The notes beneath the pieces were generated by a model, which saw only the letters and a list, made by a program, of their open reading frames with translations, searched no databases and was not told the origin of the DNA. From Gammaproteobacteria bacterium (lineage in GTDB: Bacteria > Pseudomonadota > Gammaproteobacteria > Ga0077536), in NCBI GenBank assembly GCA_963662545.2, contig CAXXLL010000002.1:2304001-2368000 (forward strand): a DNA stretch of 64,000 nt, written 5' to 3'. A program made the position numbers and the translations under genes. Shown here piece by piece: positions 1 to 13,446 of the stretch; within the stretch, counting starts at the first letter, position 1, and each line of letters begins with the position of its first letter.

Positions 1-1296
1 CTGCGCGATCGTCTGATTGGTAAAGCTGTTGGACATGACGAAACTCGGGTGTCCCGTCGCGCAGCCGAGGTTCACCAAGCGGCCCTCGGCTAGCAAAATC
101 AGGCGACGATTTTTCGAAATTGTGATCTGGTGGACCTGCGGTTTAATCTCGGTCCACTTGTATTTTCGCATGCGATCGACCTGGATCTCGCTGTCGAAAT
201 GGCCGATGTTGCAGACCACCGCGAGGTCCTTCATGCGCTTCATGTGCTGCTCGGTAATGACATCGCAACAACCGGTCGTGGTAACGAAAATGTCCCCTAC
301 GCGGCACGCGTCGTCCATGTGCATGACTTCATAGCCTTCCATGGAAGCCTGCAAGGCGCAGATCGGATCGATTTCAGTGACGACGACCCGCGCACCCTGC
401 CCCCGCAAGGACTGACACGATCCCTTGCCGACATCGCCGTATCCGGCCACGACCGCGACCTTGCCCGAAAGCATGACATCGGTGGCGCGATTGATGGCGT
501 CGACCAGCGAGTGCCGGCACCCATAAAGATTGTCGAACTTTGATTTCGTCACCGAGTCGTTGACATTCATTGCCGGAAACAGCAGTTCGCCTTTTTCGTG
601 AAGCTGATAGAGCCGGTGCACGCCCGTCGTCGTCTCCTCCGTCACACCCTTGATGTGCGGTGCAATCCGGTGAAATCGCTGCGGGTCACGCTTGATCGAA
701 CGCTTGAGCTGCGCGTACAACACGGTTTCTTCCTCGCTGCCGGGTTTGGCATTGAGTATCTTCGGATTCTCTTCGGCCTGATACCCCAAAAGCACGAACA
801 GCGTCGCGTCGCCGCCATCGTCAAGTATCATGTTCGGTCCCTTGCCGCCGCCCCAATCGAGGATCCGGTCGGTGTACTGCCAGTATTCGGCGATGCTCTC
901 TCCCTTTACGGCGAAGACGGGGAACCCGCGCTTGGCGATCGCGGCCGCAGCGTGGTCCTGGGTCGAAAAGATGTTGCAGCTTGCCCACCGAATCTTGGCG
1001 CCGAGGATTTCGAGCGTTTCGATCAACACGGCCGTTTGAATGGTCATGTGCAGTGAACCGGTGATACGGGCGTTCCGGAGCGGCTTGTCGCGTCCGTATT
1101 CTTCGCGCATCGCTATCAGGCCCGGCATTTCCTGTTCGGCCAGCGTGATTTCCTTACGGCCGTAATCAGCGAGGCCTAAATCCTTGACGACGTAATCTTT
1201 CACCGCCCTGCGCGCGGCGCGTTTTTTCGCACCCGAGGACCTCACAACGCGTTGAGACGTACCGGTGTGTTTTCGATCTGTTGATTCCTGACGCAT
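1..1296 (-). CDS. ahcY: Adenosylhomocysteinase (3' end runs off the window)
   Basis: Manual minus-strand translation from the ATG at 1296 gives ...[17 protein letters not shown]...[19 protein letters not shown]...[18 protein letters not shown]...[13 protein letters not shown]. It is absent from the ORF track because no stop lies in the window. Confidence 0.95.
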   Translation of the reverse strand, partial: MRQESTDRKHTGTSQRVVRSSGAKKRAARRAVKDYVVKDLGLADYGRKEITLAEQEMPGLIAMREEYGRDKPLRNARITGSLHMTIQTAVLIETLEILGAKIRWASCNIFSTQDHAAAAIAKRGFPVFAVKGESIAEYWQYTDRILDWGGGKGPNMILDDGGDATLFVLLGYQAEENPKILNAKPGSEEETVLYAQLKRSIKRDPQRFHRIAPHIKGVTEETTTGVHRLYQLHEKGELLFPAMNVNDSVTKSKFDNLYGCRHSLVDAINRATDVMLSGKVAVVAGYGDVGKGSCQSLRGQGARVVVTEIDPICALQASMEGYEVMHMDDACRVGDIFVTTTGCCDVITEQHMKRMKDLAVVCNIGHFDSEIQVDRMRKYKWTEIKPQVHQITISKNRRLILLAEGRLVNLGCATGHPSFVMSNSFTNQTIAQ

Positions 1297-1331
1297 TCAA
1301 AATCCCCGTTATTGGTAAAACAATTTACTGA

Positions 1332-1500
1332 TTAAGGAGCCTCTGAATAAGTCATGGTGCGTCTGAATGGTTCATGAAATGGTGCAGATCAAGGCACGAA
1401 TCGCAGCCCATAGCGGGGACTAGGGCTAAGGTTCGTAACGTAAGGATGCGCGATTTCATGGGCAAGGCAGATGTGCCACGACTTATTCAGAGGTTCCTAA
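1332..1500. mobile_element. MITE-like element (family A), about 170 bp
   Basis: Imperfect ~33-bp terminal inverted repeats: TAAGGAGCCTCTGAATAAGTCATGGTGCGTCTG and CAGATGTGCCACGACTTATTCAGAGGTTCCTAA. Non-coding. Confidence 0.75.
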
Positions 1501-1503
1501 AAT

Positions 1504-2670
<1,167 letters not shown>

Positions 2671-2786
2671 GCAATCTCTCCTTGCGTTGGCGATTTTCGA
2701 CGTGGGGTCAGCGTCGGACAGCCCGATGCCGCGGGTCTAAAGGGGGGGCATTATGAACGATTTGCGCGTCCGCTGCCTCGCGGTGA

Positions 2787-3809
2787 TCAGCCACCACGGC
2801 CGGCAAGCTCCAGCACGAGTTTGCCCATGTGGCTGCTTTCCTCCATGACGGCGTGCGCTTCGGCGGCGTTCTCCAGTGCATACGTCGCGTGCACGTGGGC
2901 GTATACCTTGCCGGCTCGCACCAGGGGCCAGATTTCGTCCGCCACCGCCGCGGTAATCGCGCTTTTCCGTGCGACGCTCTGCGGGCGCAAGGTAGATCCG
3001 CACAGTGTCAAACGCTTCGGCAACACGTGGGCGAAGTTCACTTCCGCCTTAGGCCCCATGAGAAATGCGATCATGACGTAACGGCCGTCGTTGGCGAGAA
3101 CGCGGATATTCTTCATGACGTAGGGGCCGGCAACCATGTCGAGCACCACATCGACGCCGTCCGGGGCACAGAGTTCGGCCACCCGGGATTCCCAATCTTC
3201 TTCACGATAATTGATGGCGTGATCTGCCCCCATACGAATACAGTAGTCGCATTTATCCTTCGATCCCGCCGTGGTCAAGACCTTGGCGCCCCATGCCTTC
3301 GCAACCTGGATCGCAGTCGTACCAATACCGCTACTGCCGCCGTGTATCAACACGGTTTCTCCAGCCTCGAGTTTGCCGCGCTCGATCAAGTTGTGATACA
3401 CGGTAAAGCAGGTTTCCGGCAGCGCGCCGGCTTGCGTCGCGCTCAGTTCGTCCGGCCACCGCAGGCAATGCCCCGCGTTGGCCACGCAAAACTCCGCATA
3501 ACCCCCGCCGTGCGTCAGTGCAACGACCCGATCGCCCTGCTGCCAACGCGTCACCTCCGCGCCGACGGCGGCCACAAGGCCTGCCACTTCCAGGCCCGGC
3601 AGAGGACTGGCGCCGGGCGGCAGGGGATAAAGCCCGGCTCGCTGCATGCAGTCCGGCCGATTGACGCCGGCGGCGTGAACGGCGATCAACACTTCGTCTG
3701 CCGCCGGCACCGGCACTGCCGTACGCGTGGGTTTGAGAACTTCCGGGCCACCCGGTTCGGTGATCTCGACCGCGAGCATGTCTTGTGGTATCTGACCGCG
3801 AACCTTCAT
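2787..3809 (-). CDS. NAD(P)H-quinone oxidoreductase, PIG3/MDR family
   Basis: Motifs AAGVNRPD, PGLEVAG, HGGSSGIG and GSTLRP. Confidence 0.9.
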   Translation of the reverse strand: MKVRGQIPQDMLAVEITEPGGPEVLKPTRTAVPVPAADEVLIAVHAAGVNRPDCMQRAGLYPLPPGASPLPGLEVAGLVAAVGAEVTRWQQGDRVVALTHGGGYAEFCVANAGHCLRWPDELSATQAGALPETCFTVYHNLIERGKLEAGETVLIHGGSSGIGTTAIQVAKAWGAKVLTTAGSKDKCDYCIRMGADHAINYREEDWESRVAELCAPDGVDVVLDMVAGPYVMKNIRVLANDGRYVMIAFLMGPKAEVNFAHVLPKRLTLCGSTLRPQSVARKSAITAAVADEIWPLVRAGKVYAHVHATYALENAAEAHAVMEESSHMGKLVLELAGRGG

Positions 3810-3916
3810 TTTTTAGAGCTCCACACTTTTATCGTCCGCGCGCGGACTGACGGAGTATAAGTCCTGGGCGAGCGTCGCCGAAGTCCGGCACCGAATCCAG
3901 TCGTGCTACGATTTAA

Positions 3917-4867
<951 letters not shown>

Positions 4868-4931
4868 AGAAAAGGGGTCGGAGTAAATCATTGGTAAATC
4901 ACGGGCCCATGTCGAAGTGCGTTGCCATTAA

Positions 4932-5576
4932 TTAACGCCGACCTCTTTTCTCATATAGCGTTTTCAGTGATCGGTACACGATGTCTCGAAATCGGGCGTC
5001 GTCACTGTCCAGCCCCGCTATCAACTCGGACAGCACTACATTGTCCTCGCGCCCGTCCCAAACCTTCACATATTCGCCGGTTTTATAGCCGTGATCCTGG
5101 CGAAACACATTGAGGACGTTCTTGCCGATGTAGGATCGATAGAGATCGTCGAAACCACTGCCGCAAGATTCGAGCAGGTTGCGAACGGAATCCACGGCAA
5201 ACCGCTTTTCTGCTAGCGCCGCGTGAGCAAGCCGCTCCACTTCCTCCAGGAAGGGCAGCGCAGGGCGCGGTGAATCCCATTCCCGCGCGATATCGGCGGC
5301 AGTCCGCCGATAGTCTCCCTCCACTTCGATGCGCTGGCTGAGACCGAAATGCCAGATATCAACGATCTCCAGGATCACCTGCTCGAAATCGGGTGCGGAA
5401 TGCTTCCACCATTTCCAATTGCCGTAGTGATCCATTAATTCGGCGCATTCGATCCATATCGCGCGATACCATTCCCGATCGCGGGACAGCCAGTCGCGAT
5501 CGACGCGGCTGTTCATCTCGCCTTGCATCGATAGCATCAAGCTGATTTTTTCGATCTTGGGATCGATTTCCGACAC
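4932..5576 (-). CDS. Dimeric (all-alpha) dUTP diphosphatase
   Basis: Motifs ECAELMDHYGNWKWWK, LEIVDIWHF and YIGKNVLNVFRQDHGYKTG..K.W.GREDN. A GTG start with an upstream GGAG was chosen. Confidence 0.85.
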   Translation of the reverse strand: MSEIDPKIEKISLMLSMQGEMNSRVDRDWLSRDREWYRAIWIECAELMDHYGNWKWWKHSAPDFEQVILEIVDIWHFGLSQRIEVEGDYRRTAADIAREWDSPRPALPFLEEVERLAHAALAEKRFAVDSVRNLLESCGSGFDDLYRSYIGKNVLNVFRQDHGYKTGEYVKVWDGREDNVVLSELIAGLDSDDARFRDIVYRSLKTLYEKRGRR

Positions 5577-5656
5577 CGATCGACGCTCCCGTCGAACCAC
5601 GATAACCGGTCCCGAGTATACCTCCGCAGACCGAAGTCTTTCGTGCAATAGGCAGG

Positions 5657-7570
5657 CTAGGCGAAGAATGCCCGCACGTCGTCGATGTCGCTCGTTACGG
5701 GCATCGGCGGCAGCGAGTTCAGGAAGGCCCGCCCATAGCTGCGTCGCAGGATGCGGTTGTCGCCAATCATCAAGACGCCGCGGTCGGAGACGTCGCGGAT
5801 AAGGCGCCCGGCGCCCTGCTTGAGCGCGGTGATCGCTTCGGGGAGCTGCAGTTCCACGAATGGATTGCCCCCGCGCGCGCTCATCGCCGCCATCCGCGCC
5901 TTGGTCACGGGCTCGTCCGGTACGCCGAACGGCAGCTTGTCGATAATGACGCAGCTAAGCCGTTCGCCGCGAACGTCGACGCCTTCCCAGAACGTTGCGG
6001 TCCCCATCAGGACCGCGTTGTCCATCGTCTCGAATCGGTGCAGCAGATCGCTGCGCGGCGCCTCGCCCTGGACTAGCAAAGAATAATCGGCGCGCTGACG
6101 GAGCAGATCAGCGCAAATATTAAGCGCACGATAACTGGTAAACAAGAAAAAGGCGCGGCCGTGGCTGCATTCAAGCAAAGGCAGTGCAGCGTCCACCAGG
6201 TCGCTTTCGAAATCGGGATGGCGAGGCTCGGTGTGCAAGCGCGGAATATACAGCAGCGCCTGTTTCGCGTAGTCGAATGGACTCTGCCACAGGTGTTCGC
6301 GCGCGTTTTTTATACCCAGTGCATTTGCGAAGTGGTCGAACCGGCCTGCCACCGCGAGCGTTGCTGAAGTCATTATCCAGGCCGCTTTAGAATTTTCGAG
6401 GCGCTGCGAAAATTCCGCAGCGACCGTGATCGGCGTGTCGTGCAGGCTGAACCCGCCGCGGCCGGTTTCGAGCCATCGGACCGAGACCTCGTCGGCGTTT
6501 CGGTCGAACGCATCGAGGCGTTCGCTCAAGGCGATCGCGCGTTCGTGGCAGCTCGCAAGCGCGATGCCACGCTCTGCGAGCCGGCCGAGCAGCTTACCTA
6601 GCTCCTCGAGCGCCGCTGAGAGCGCCTGCAGGCGCTCTGCTGCGCCATTACGGTCTGCGAAAGACACCCAATCCATGCGCTGCGGTTCCTTACCCAGGAA
6701 GCGCCTCAGTTCGAATTGCGCGGTGTCGAGTGCCGTAGACGATGCATTCAATGCCGGCGTATCGGGGGCTTCATCCCGGGCGGCTTCCAACACGTCCCGG
6801 CACAGATTGCCAAGCTGCTGCGCCGACACCGAGCGACTGAAAAAGCTGGACGCGATATCGGGCAGCTTGTGCGCTTCGTCCACAATGATCGCGTCAGCCG
6901 CGGGCAGCAGCTCAGCGAAGCCGGTTTCGCGCAGGACAAGATCGGCAAACAGCAGGTGGTGATTGACGACCACGAGATCGGCGGCGGCCGCTGTGCGACG
7001 CGCCCGCACCACGAAGCAGTCATCGAATGACGGACAGTCCTGACCGAGGCAGTTCTCTGTCGTCGAGGTCACCAGAAACCGGATCTGGGGATCATCGTCG
7101 AGTTCGCGCACCTCTTCGAGATCGCCGCTGTCGCTCTGCCCGGCCCACCGCCCGAGGTGCTCCAGCAACGGCAAGCGGTGTGCCTCCACTTCACGGTTTA
7201 GCACCGCCCGTTCAAGACGATAAAGGCAGAGATAGTTCTGCCTCCCTTTGAGCAGCGCCGCATCGATCGACAGATCGAGCGCGCGGCGAACGATCGGAAG
7301 ATCGCGATGATACAACTGGTCCTGCAGGGTTTTCGTCGCGGTCGAAATAACAGTCTTCAGGCCCGACTGCAGCGCCGGTACCAGGTAGGCGAAGGTTTTT
7401 CCCGTGCCGGTACCGGCCTCGCAAATCAGCACTTCGCGGGCCGCCAGCACCTCGTCGATCACCGCCGCCATTGCCTGCTGCTCACGACGCGGACTGAAAC
7501 CCTCGATCAGATCTGCGAATGGGCCTGCCGCGCCGAGTACCGCAGCCGCCTCGGAATTTTCGGATGACAT
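5657..7570 (-). CDS. yoaA: ATP-dependent DNA helicase, DinG/YoaA family
   Basis: Motifs EAGTGTGKT, DEAH and FWEGVDV, plus Fe-S cysteines. Confidence 0.9.
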   Translation of the reverse strand: MSSENSEAAAVLGAAGPFADLIEGFSPRREQQAMAAVIDEVLAAREVLICEAGTGTGKTFAYLVPALQSGLKTVISTATKTLQDQLYHRDLPIVRRALDLSIDAALLKGRQNYLCLYRLERAVLNREVEAHRLPLLEHLGRWAGQSDSGDLEEVRELDDDPQIRFLVTSTTENCLGQDCPSFDDCFVVRARRTAAAADLVVVNHHLLFADLVLRETGFAELLPAADAIIVDEAHKLPDIASSFFSRSVSAQQLGNLCRDVLEAARDEAPDTPALNASSTALDTAQFELRRFLGKEPQRMDWVSFADRNGAAERLQALSAALEELGKLLGRLAERGIALASCHERAIALSERLDAFDRNADEVSVRWLETGRGGFSLHDTPITVAAEFSQRLENSKAAWIMTSATLAVAGRFDHFANALGIKNAREHLWQSPFDYAKQALLYIPRLHTEPRHPDFESDLVDAALPLLECSHGRAFFLFTSYRALNICADLLRQRADYSLLVQGEAPRSDLLHRFETMDNAVLMGTATFWEGVDVRGERLSCVIIDKLPFGVPDEPVTKARMAAMSARGGNPFVELQLPEAITALKQGAGRLIRDVSDRGVLMIGDNRILRRSYGRAFLNSLPPMPVTSDIDDVRAFFA

Positions 7571-7664
7571 GCGAAAAAAAAGGGTCAGGATTAACTATCC
7601 GCAAAGCATTTCGACATGGGCCGGCGAGTTGCCATTAAGTCCGCGACCTTCCGGAAAGAAAAGA

Positions 7665-7747
7665 TCTCGCCAAGGCGCAATAAAACCAAAGCGAATTGTG
7701 ATTGTTAGCGATGTTTTTTCCTGGTGTCTTTGCGCCTTGGCGCGAGA
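7665..7747. repeat. Intergenic inverted repeat (REP-like)
   Basis: CGCCAAGGCGCAA (7668-7680) is the perfect reverse complement of TTGCGCCTTGGCG (7730-7742). Confidence 0.6.
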
Positions 7748-7795
7748 AATATTGATGTTTATGGATAGACACGGATCAACTCCGATCTCAATGTT

Positions 7796-8272
7796 CTATT
7801 CGTCGGCGCGCTCGATGCCACCGTCGCGGGTCCATACTCGCTCGCCTATGATCTTGAAACGGGCGACCGAGATCGAACCCCGACGGTTCGGTTTCGAGGC
7901 CGCCAGGACGTTCTCGATAGCGCTGTGGGTCGCTTCGATCATTTCGAACGGCTCGTATTCTTCGTCCATCAACACGAGGACCGCGGTATCCCAGGGCTTG
8001 TCGAGCTTGAGTTGGCCCAGCCGATGCGGTTGGTGTTTGTCGCCGAACACCGCGCGGCCCTTGATCTGCAGCCGCTCGATCGCGTCGCCGCGCTTGCGCG
8101 TCGCGTCGTAACCCGCGGCATCACGGGGGGCTGGTTCCAATCCGAGTTGAATGATGGCGTCATTGATGGCGATCTCACCGCTGATCGCCAGCGTCCGACC
8201 GGTCGCCTTTCGGTATTCGGCCGCCAGTTTACGCGCTTCCGACATGAGTTTGTCGACACGATAGAGGCCCAT
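7796..8272 (-). CDS. Hypothetical protein, possible PD-(D/E)XK nuclease fold
   Basis: 158-aa ORF with SGE...GYDA...QIKGR pattern. Confidence 0.6.
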   Translation of the reverse strand: MGLYRVDKLMSEARKLAAEYRKATGRTLAISGEIAINDAIIQLGLEPAPRDAAGYDATRKRGDAIERLQIKGRAVFGDKHQPHRLGQLKLDKPWDTAVLVLMDEEYEPFEMIEATHSAIENVLAASKPNRRGSISVARFKIIGERVWTRDGGIERADE

Positions 8273-8334
8273 GGAGTTCGGGATCCGCCTTCATCATGAA
8301 GTTTGATCGTATTGATACTACATAGGTATGTAAT

Positions 8335-9330
8335 TTATTCCATCGAGCCGTCGGATTTTAGTTCCGGAACTGAATCGGAGAGGACACCGATCCCGGTCGC
8401 GTCCGCGATGTCACTGACGCCCGTCAACACCATGATCAGGCGCTCGATACCGAGCGCCACCCCAGCGCAAGCAGGTAAACCGTCGGCCAGCGCCGCCAGC
8501 CAGTCTTCATCGACATCCATTTTCGGCCGTCCCCGCCGCATCCGCAGGGCATTATCCTGCTCAAAACACTGGCGCTGTTCCTCGACATCGGTAATTTCGT
8601 GGTAACCGTTGGCGATTTCGGTGCCGTCGACGATCAACTCGAAACGCTCCGCAATGCGCGGCCCGCGAGCCGACACCCGCGCGTAGCCGCGCAGTTCAAG
8701 TGGGTAATCGAACAGAAAAACGGCCCCATCGACAGCGAGCGCGGGTTCGAGACGGTGTACATAAATGCAATCGAAAAGCAGCGAACGGTCTTCCCTATCC
8801 TCGGGCGACAGGCGCGTAGACTTTCCGTTAGCGATATCGGCAAGCCGCGCGGTGGTAATCGTATGCGGATCGCCGCCGATATGACGCGCCCATAATTCGG
8901 CGTAGCTCACGCGGGTGATCGGCCGGTTCATTCCGAGCGAGTGGAGCAGCGCTTCGACGTCATCCATCAGTTGCCTGTGATCGAAACCGCGTCGGTACCA
9001 CTCCAGCATGGTGAATTCAGGCAGATGGAAACGGCCTGCCTCGCCGCCGCGAAACACCGGCCCGATCTGGTAGATATCGCCGCTGCCGGCGGCCAGCAAG
9101 CGCTTCATTGCCGATTCGGGCGAGGTGCGCAAATAACGGCGCCCTGGGACGGACGCACATTCGAGCGCAAGACTCTCGAGCGCGGGTTCGCTCGTCGCAA
9201 ACCTGGACAGCACAGGCGTGGTGACTTCGCAGGCGCCGCCCGCCTCGAAATAATCTCTCATTTGCGCGATGAGCCGCGCCCGGTAACGCAGCCTCTCGAC
9301 GGTTACACTTGGGCGCTGATCATGCGCCAT
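8335..9330 (-). CDS. epmA: EF-P (R)-beta-lysine ligase
   Basis: LysRS-like catalytic domain only (YLRTSPE, EFTMLEWY, GVALGIERL), directly downstream of efp. Confidence 0.93.
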   Translation of the reverse strand: MAHDQRPSVTVERLRYRARLIAQMRDYFEAGGACEVTTPVLSRFATSEPALESLALECASVPGRRYLRTSPESAMKRLLAAGSGDIYQIGPVFRGGEAGRFHLPEFTMLEWYRRGFDHRQLMDDVEALLHSLGMNRPITRVSYAELWARHIGGDPHTITTARLADIANGKSTRLSPEDREDRSLLFDCIYVHRLEPALAVDGAVFLFDYPLELRGYARVSARGPRIAERFELIVDGTEIANGYHEITDVEEQRQCFEQDNALRMRRGRPKMDVDEDWLAALADGLPACAGVALGIERLIMVLTGVSDIADATGIGVLSDSVPELKSDGSME

Positions 9331-9342
9331 GCGAAAGGGTTC

Positions 9343-9915
9343 CTAACCTGCCTTCGCGCGGGACACGTACTCACCCGTTCGCGTGTCGATCTTCAGGCAC
9401 TCACCCTGCTCGACGAACAGGGGTACTTTGACGACGGCGCCCGTTTCGAGCGTGGCCGGCTTGGTGCCGCCGGAAGCCGTATCGCCCCGCACGCCGGGAT
9501 CGGTCTCGGTGATTTCCAGGACCACGAAATTCGGTGGTGTGACGGTGAGCGGCACGTCGTTCCACAGCGTGATTTCGCAGATTTCCTCACCCTTGAGCCA
9601 TTTGACCGCCTCGCCCATGGCGGCCTCGGATGCCATGATCTGCTCGAAGGACTGCGGGTCCATGAAATGCCAGTGCAACCCGTCGTGATAGAGATATTGC
9701 AATTCGGTATCGACCACATCCGCTGCCTCGACGGTCTCGCCCGACTTGAGCGTCTTCTCGATGACTCGACCGGTCTTGAGGTTTCTTATTTTGATACGAT
9801 TGAACGCCTGCCCCTTACCCGGTTTGACGAATTCGTTCTCGACAATGCTGTATGGATCACCGTCGAACAAGAGTTTGAGTCCGGCTTTGAACTGACTGGT
9901 ACTGTAAGAAGCCAT
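9343..9915 (-). CDS. efp: Elongation factor P
   Basis: Motifs [18 protein letters not shown] and [10 protein letters not shown]. Confidence 0.98.
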   Translation of the reverse strand: MASYSTSQFKAGLKLLFDGDPYSIVENEFVKPGKGQAFNRIKIRNLKTGRVIEKTLKSGETVEAADVVDTELQYLYHDGLHWHFMDPQSFEQIMASEAAMGEAVKWLKGEEICEITLWNDVPLTVTPPNFVVLEITETDPGVRGDTASGGTKPATLETGAVVKVPLFVEQGECLKIDTRTGEYVSRAKAG

Positions 9916-9948
9916 CGAATCTCGAGATTTCACAAATTTGGGGCGCCA

Positions 9949-10980
9949 ATGATACCGCGAAGCCGAATTTCCGAGGAATTAAACGATTGGCGCTCGGAAC
10001 TGCGCAACGCCTACCGAGATCCGGTAAAACTACTCGAAGCACTCGAAATCAAACCCGCTAGCATCGGCTTGTCGAACGCCGCGGCCACTGGCTTCGCGTT
10101 TCGTGTTCCGCACGCTTATGCCGCACGCATGCGCCGCGGCGACCCGAACGACCCGCTGCTGCGTCAGGTTCTGCCACTCCAAGAAGAAACCGAATCTCGC
10201 GAGGGATATTCAAGCGATCCCGTCGGCGAATTCGCGCTTCTTCAAGACGGCAACCTGATTCATAAATACCGCGGCCGGGCGCTGCTCGTATTGACCGGCA
10301 CGTGTGCGGTTAACTGCCGGTATTGTTTTCGTCGCGCGTTTCCCTATGGAAAAACCGTAGGGCAGGAGCGCCTACGGCGCGCCTTCGCTCGCATCGCCGC
10401 GGATACCAGCCTCTCGGAGATCATCCTGAGCGGCGGCGATCCCCTGGTGCTCGACGACGCCGCTCTCGGACATGTTTTGTCCGCTCTTGATGCCATCGGC
10501 CACGTCCAACGCGTTCGTATCCATACACGTCTGCCCGTCGTGCTACCTTCGCGGATCACCGATGCGCTGCTTGACGTACTGAACGGTTCGAGCACCCAGA
10601 CGATCATCGTGATCCACGTCAATCATCCGCGTGAAATCGACGACAAAACCGTGACGGCGCTGGCACGCTGCCGCGCGGCCGGCATCACGCTTCTGAACCA
10701 GTCCGTGCTGCTCAGAGGCGTCAACGACGACGCCGAGGTCTTAACGGAGCTGTCGCATACCTTGTTTGATGCGGGCGTGCTGCCCTATTACGTCAACCTG
10801 CTCGATCGGGTTTCGGGAACCGCCCATTTCGAAGTACCCGATGATCGCGCAAGCATCATCGAAGGGGAACTGCGCGCGCGCCTGCCCGGTTATCTGGTGC
10901 CGCTGTTCGTGCGGGAAATCCCGGGGGCGGCCTCTAAAGTGCCGCTGAATGCATTGACGTCAGGGGGCGATCGAGCTTAA
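9949..10980 (+). CDS. epmB: EF-P beta-lysylation protein (KamA-family radical SAM)
   Basis: Motifs [17 protein letters not shown] and NQSVLL; divergent from efp. Confidence 0.93.
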   Translation: MIPRSRISEELNDWRSELRNAYRDPVKLLEALEIKPASIGLSNAAATGFAFRVPHAYAARMRRGDPNDPLLRQVLPLQEETESREGYSSDPVGEFALLQDGNLIHKYRGRALLVLTGTCAVNCRYCFRRAFPYGKTVGQERLRRAFARIAADTSLSEIILSGGDPLVLDDAALGHVLSALDAIGHVQRVRIHTRLPVVLPSRITDALLDVLNGSSTQTIIVIHVNHPREIDDKTVTALARCRAAGITLLNQSVLLRGVNDDAEVLTELSHTLFDAGVLPYYVNLLDRVSGTAHFEVPDDRASIIEGELRARLPGYLVPLFVREIPGAASKVPLNALTSGGDRA

Positions 10981-11146
10981 ACGCTCAGCGCTACGGGCAT
11001 AATTTCGAATGGGCTGACGCGCGTGCCGCAGCTAAAGATCGCGGCGGCGATGACGATAACAAGGGGTGAACGGAACAATTCCACCCTCCCTGGTCCGTTC
11101 CCGTTCGCGGACTGGTCAAGACCGGTCCGCGATTTTTTTAACCTGG

Positions 11147-13390
11147 CTAAAACGCCGGCTCCATCCGGTCGACGCGCTGAAAGCCGCGCGGCAGTTTCAT
11201 CCCGCGCCGTGCGCGATCGCCGATGTAATGCTCTTGATCGATTTCCTTGAGCGTGATGTAGCGATTGCCCGCATAGATGCGTAAATCATCCTCGGGTCCA
11301 AGTACGGTGATCGCCTTCATCGTCTCCTCGCGCAATTTCAGTTTCGCCGACGGGATCTGCAGGATCTTCTGGCCTTTGCCCCGCCCCAGCAACGGCATTT
11401 CTCCGATCGGAAATATCAGGAGGTGCCCGGCACTGGACACGCACGCGATCCAGTCCTCGTCCGGATCCGCCACTGCGACGGGTGGCAGTACGCGTGCACC
11501 TTGAGGCAGGCTCATGACCGCCTTGCCCGCGCGGTTCTTAGTCATCAATACTTCGAGTTCGGCGACAAAGCCATAGCCGAAATCCGAAGCGAGCAATACA
11601 TAGGGGTCGACGCCGGCGATGACGACACCCGCAAACCCCGCACCTTCGGGCGGCGTCAGACGGCCGGCCAGCGGTTCACCCAGGCCGCGCGCAGACGGCA
11701 GGCTGTGAGCGGCTACGGTATAGGCGCGGCCGGTCGAATCGAAGAACACAACGTTTTGATTGCTCTTGCCACGCGCCGCCGCCTGGAATTCGTCGCCAGC
11801 ACGGAAGCTGAGTTCACGGGGATCGAGTTCATGCCCCTTGGCGGCCCGTGCCCAGCCCTTGGCCGACAACACGACGGTGATCGGTTCGGTCGGGAGCAGT
11901 TCGGTTTCCGAAATGGCTTGTGCCGCCGACCGTGAGACGATGGGGCAGCGCCGTTCGTCTCCATATTGGTTCATGTCTGCGCGGATTTCGTCACGGATCA
12001 CGGTGCGCAACCGCCGCTTGGACTTCAAGATCTGTTCGAGCTTCTTGCGCTCTGTTGCAAGCTCTGCCTCCTCACCGCGTATGCGTTGCTCTTCGAGCCG
12101 TGCGAGATGGCGCAAGCGTAGATCGAGAATGGCATCCGCCTGCACGTCCGAAAGACGAAAACATTTCATCAATACCGACTTCGGCTTGTCTTCAGTGCGA
12201 ATGATGTGGATGACCTCATCTATGTTAAGAAACGCGATGAGATAACCTTCGAGCACGTGCAGGCGGGCGATGACCTTGTCGAGGCGGTACTGCAGCCGAC
12301 GGCGCACCGTCTCGGTCCGAAATGAAAGCCATTCGGTTAGCAAGGTCTGCAAATTTTTAACTGCGGGAAGGCCACTGGTACCGATGACGTTCAAGTTGAC
12401 TCGGTAACTGCGCTCAAGATCGGTCGTTGCAAACAAGTGCTGCATGAGTTGCTCGGTATCGACGCGGTTGGAACGCGGGACGAGCACGAAGCGCGTCGGT
12501 GTTTCGTGATCCGACTCGTCACGGAGATCATCCAGCATCGGCAGCTTCTTAGCCTGCATCTGCGCGGCGATCTGTTCGAGGATCTTCGAGCCGGAACTCT
12601 GGTAGGGAAGCGTCGTGATGACGACGTTCGATCCTTCGTGTTCGTAACTGGCCCTGAGCTTTACGCTACCGCTGCCGGTTTCGTATATCTCGCGGAGATC
12701 GTCTGTGGGCGTAATTATTTCACCGCCGCCGGGATAATCCGGTCCGTTCACGTACTTGCAAAGATCCGCCACGGTCGCCTTTGGTGATTCCAGCAAGTGT
12801 ATGCAGGCTTGGGCGACTTCGTTCAAATTGTGTGGCGGAATATCCGTTGCCATACCCACTGCGATACCCGTCGTCCCGTTCAACAGCACGTTCGGCAACC
12901 GCGCTGGCAGCAGTAAAGGCTCCTCCAGCGTACCGTCGAAATTGGGTCCCCAGTCGACCGTTCCCTGCCCCAGTTCGGACAACAAAACGTCCGCGTAAGC
13001 GGTTAATTTCGCCTCGGTATAACGCATTGCCGCAAACGACTTGGGATCATCCGTCGAGCCCCAGTTACCCTGCCCATCGACTAGGGGATAGCGATAACTG
13101 AAAGATTGCGCCATCAATACCATCGCCTCGTAACAGGCGGAGTCGCCGTGCGGATGAAACTTACCGATCACGTCGCCAATAGTGCGTGCGGATTTCTTGT
13201 ATTTCGATCCGGCATCGAGGCCCAGCTCCGACATCGCGTAAACGATGCGCCGCTGAACCGGTTTGAGGCCGTCGCCGACGTGGGGCAGCGCACGATCGAG
13301 GATGACGTACATCGAATAATCGAGGTAGGCACGCTCGGTGAATTCCCTGAGCGGAATTTTTTCGATGGCAAAGGAATCGTCGCGGGCCAT
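11147..13390 (-). CDS. parC: DNA topoisomerase IV subunit A
   Basis: Motifs [21 protein letters not shown] and AAMRYTEA. Confidence 0.97.
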   Translation of the reverse strand: MARDDSFAIEKIPLREFTERAYLDYSMYVILDRALPHVGDGLKPVQRRIVYAMSELGLDAGSKYKKSARTIGDVIGKFHPHGDSACYEAMVLMAQSFSYRYPLVDGQGNWGSTDDPKSFAAMRYTEAKLTAYADVLLSELGQGTVDWGPNFDGTLEEPLLLPARLPNVLLNGTTGIAVGMATDIPPHNLNEVAQACIHLLESPKATVADLCKYVNGPDYPGGGEIITPTDDLREIYETGSGSVKLRASYEHEGSNVVITTLPYQSSGSKILEQIAAQMQAKKLPMLDDLRDESDHETPTRFVLVPRSNRVDTEQLMQHLFATTDLERSYRVNLNVIGTSGLPAVKNLQTLLTEWLSFRTETVRRRLQYRLDKVIARLHVLEGYLIAFLNIDEVIHIIRTEDKPKSVLMKCFRLSDVQADAILDLRLRHLARLEEQRIRGEEAELATERKKLEQILKSKRRLRTVIRDEIRADMNQYGDERRCPIVSRSAAQAISETELLPTEPITVVLSAKGWARAAKGHELDPRELSFRAGDEFQAAARGKSNQNVVFFDSTGRAYTVAAHSLPSARGLGEPLAGRLTPPEGAGFAGVVIAGVDPYVLLASDFGYGFVAELEVLMTKNRAGKAVMSLPQGARVLPPVAVADPDEDWIACVSSAGHLLIFPIGEMPLLGRGKGQKILQIPSAKLKLREETMKAITVLGPEDDLRIYAGNRYITLKEIDQEHYIGDRARRGMKLPRGFQRVDRMEPAF

Positions 13391-13418
13391 AATCGAAAGA
13401 TTCTCTAGAGGCTTATTC

Positions 13419-13446
13419 GTGCCATGACTTATTCAGAGGTTTCTTA
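13419..13446. repeat. Collapsed remnant of MITE family A (right end)
   Basis: GTGCCATGACTTATTCAGAGGTTTCTTA closely matches 1473-1500 (GTGCCACGACTTATTCAGAGGTTCCTAA). Confidence 0.7.

Noticed and set aside
17-1056. Plus-strand ORFs of 105-152 aa
   Set aside because: Antisense shadows of ahcY on the minus strand.
2671-2786. Possible SAM or SAH riboswitch upstream of metK/ahcY
   Set aside because: No recognisable SAM-II, SAM-SAH or SAH consensus. The ahcY leader is occupied by a MITE.
8941-9948. 679-aa ORF suggesting a long N-terminal fusion on EpmB
   Set aside because: The extension is the antisense of efp and epmA. EpmB starts at 9949.
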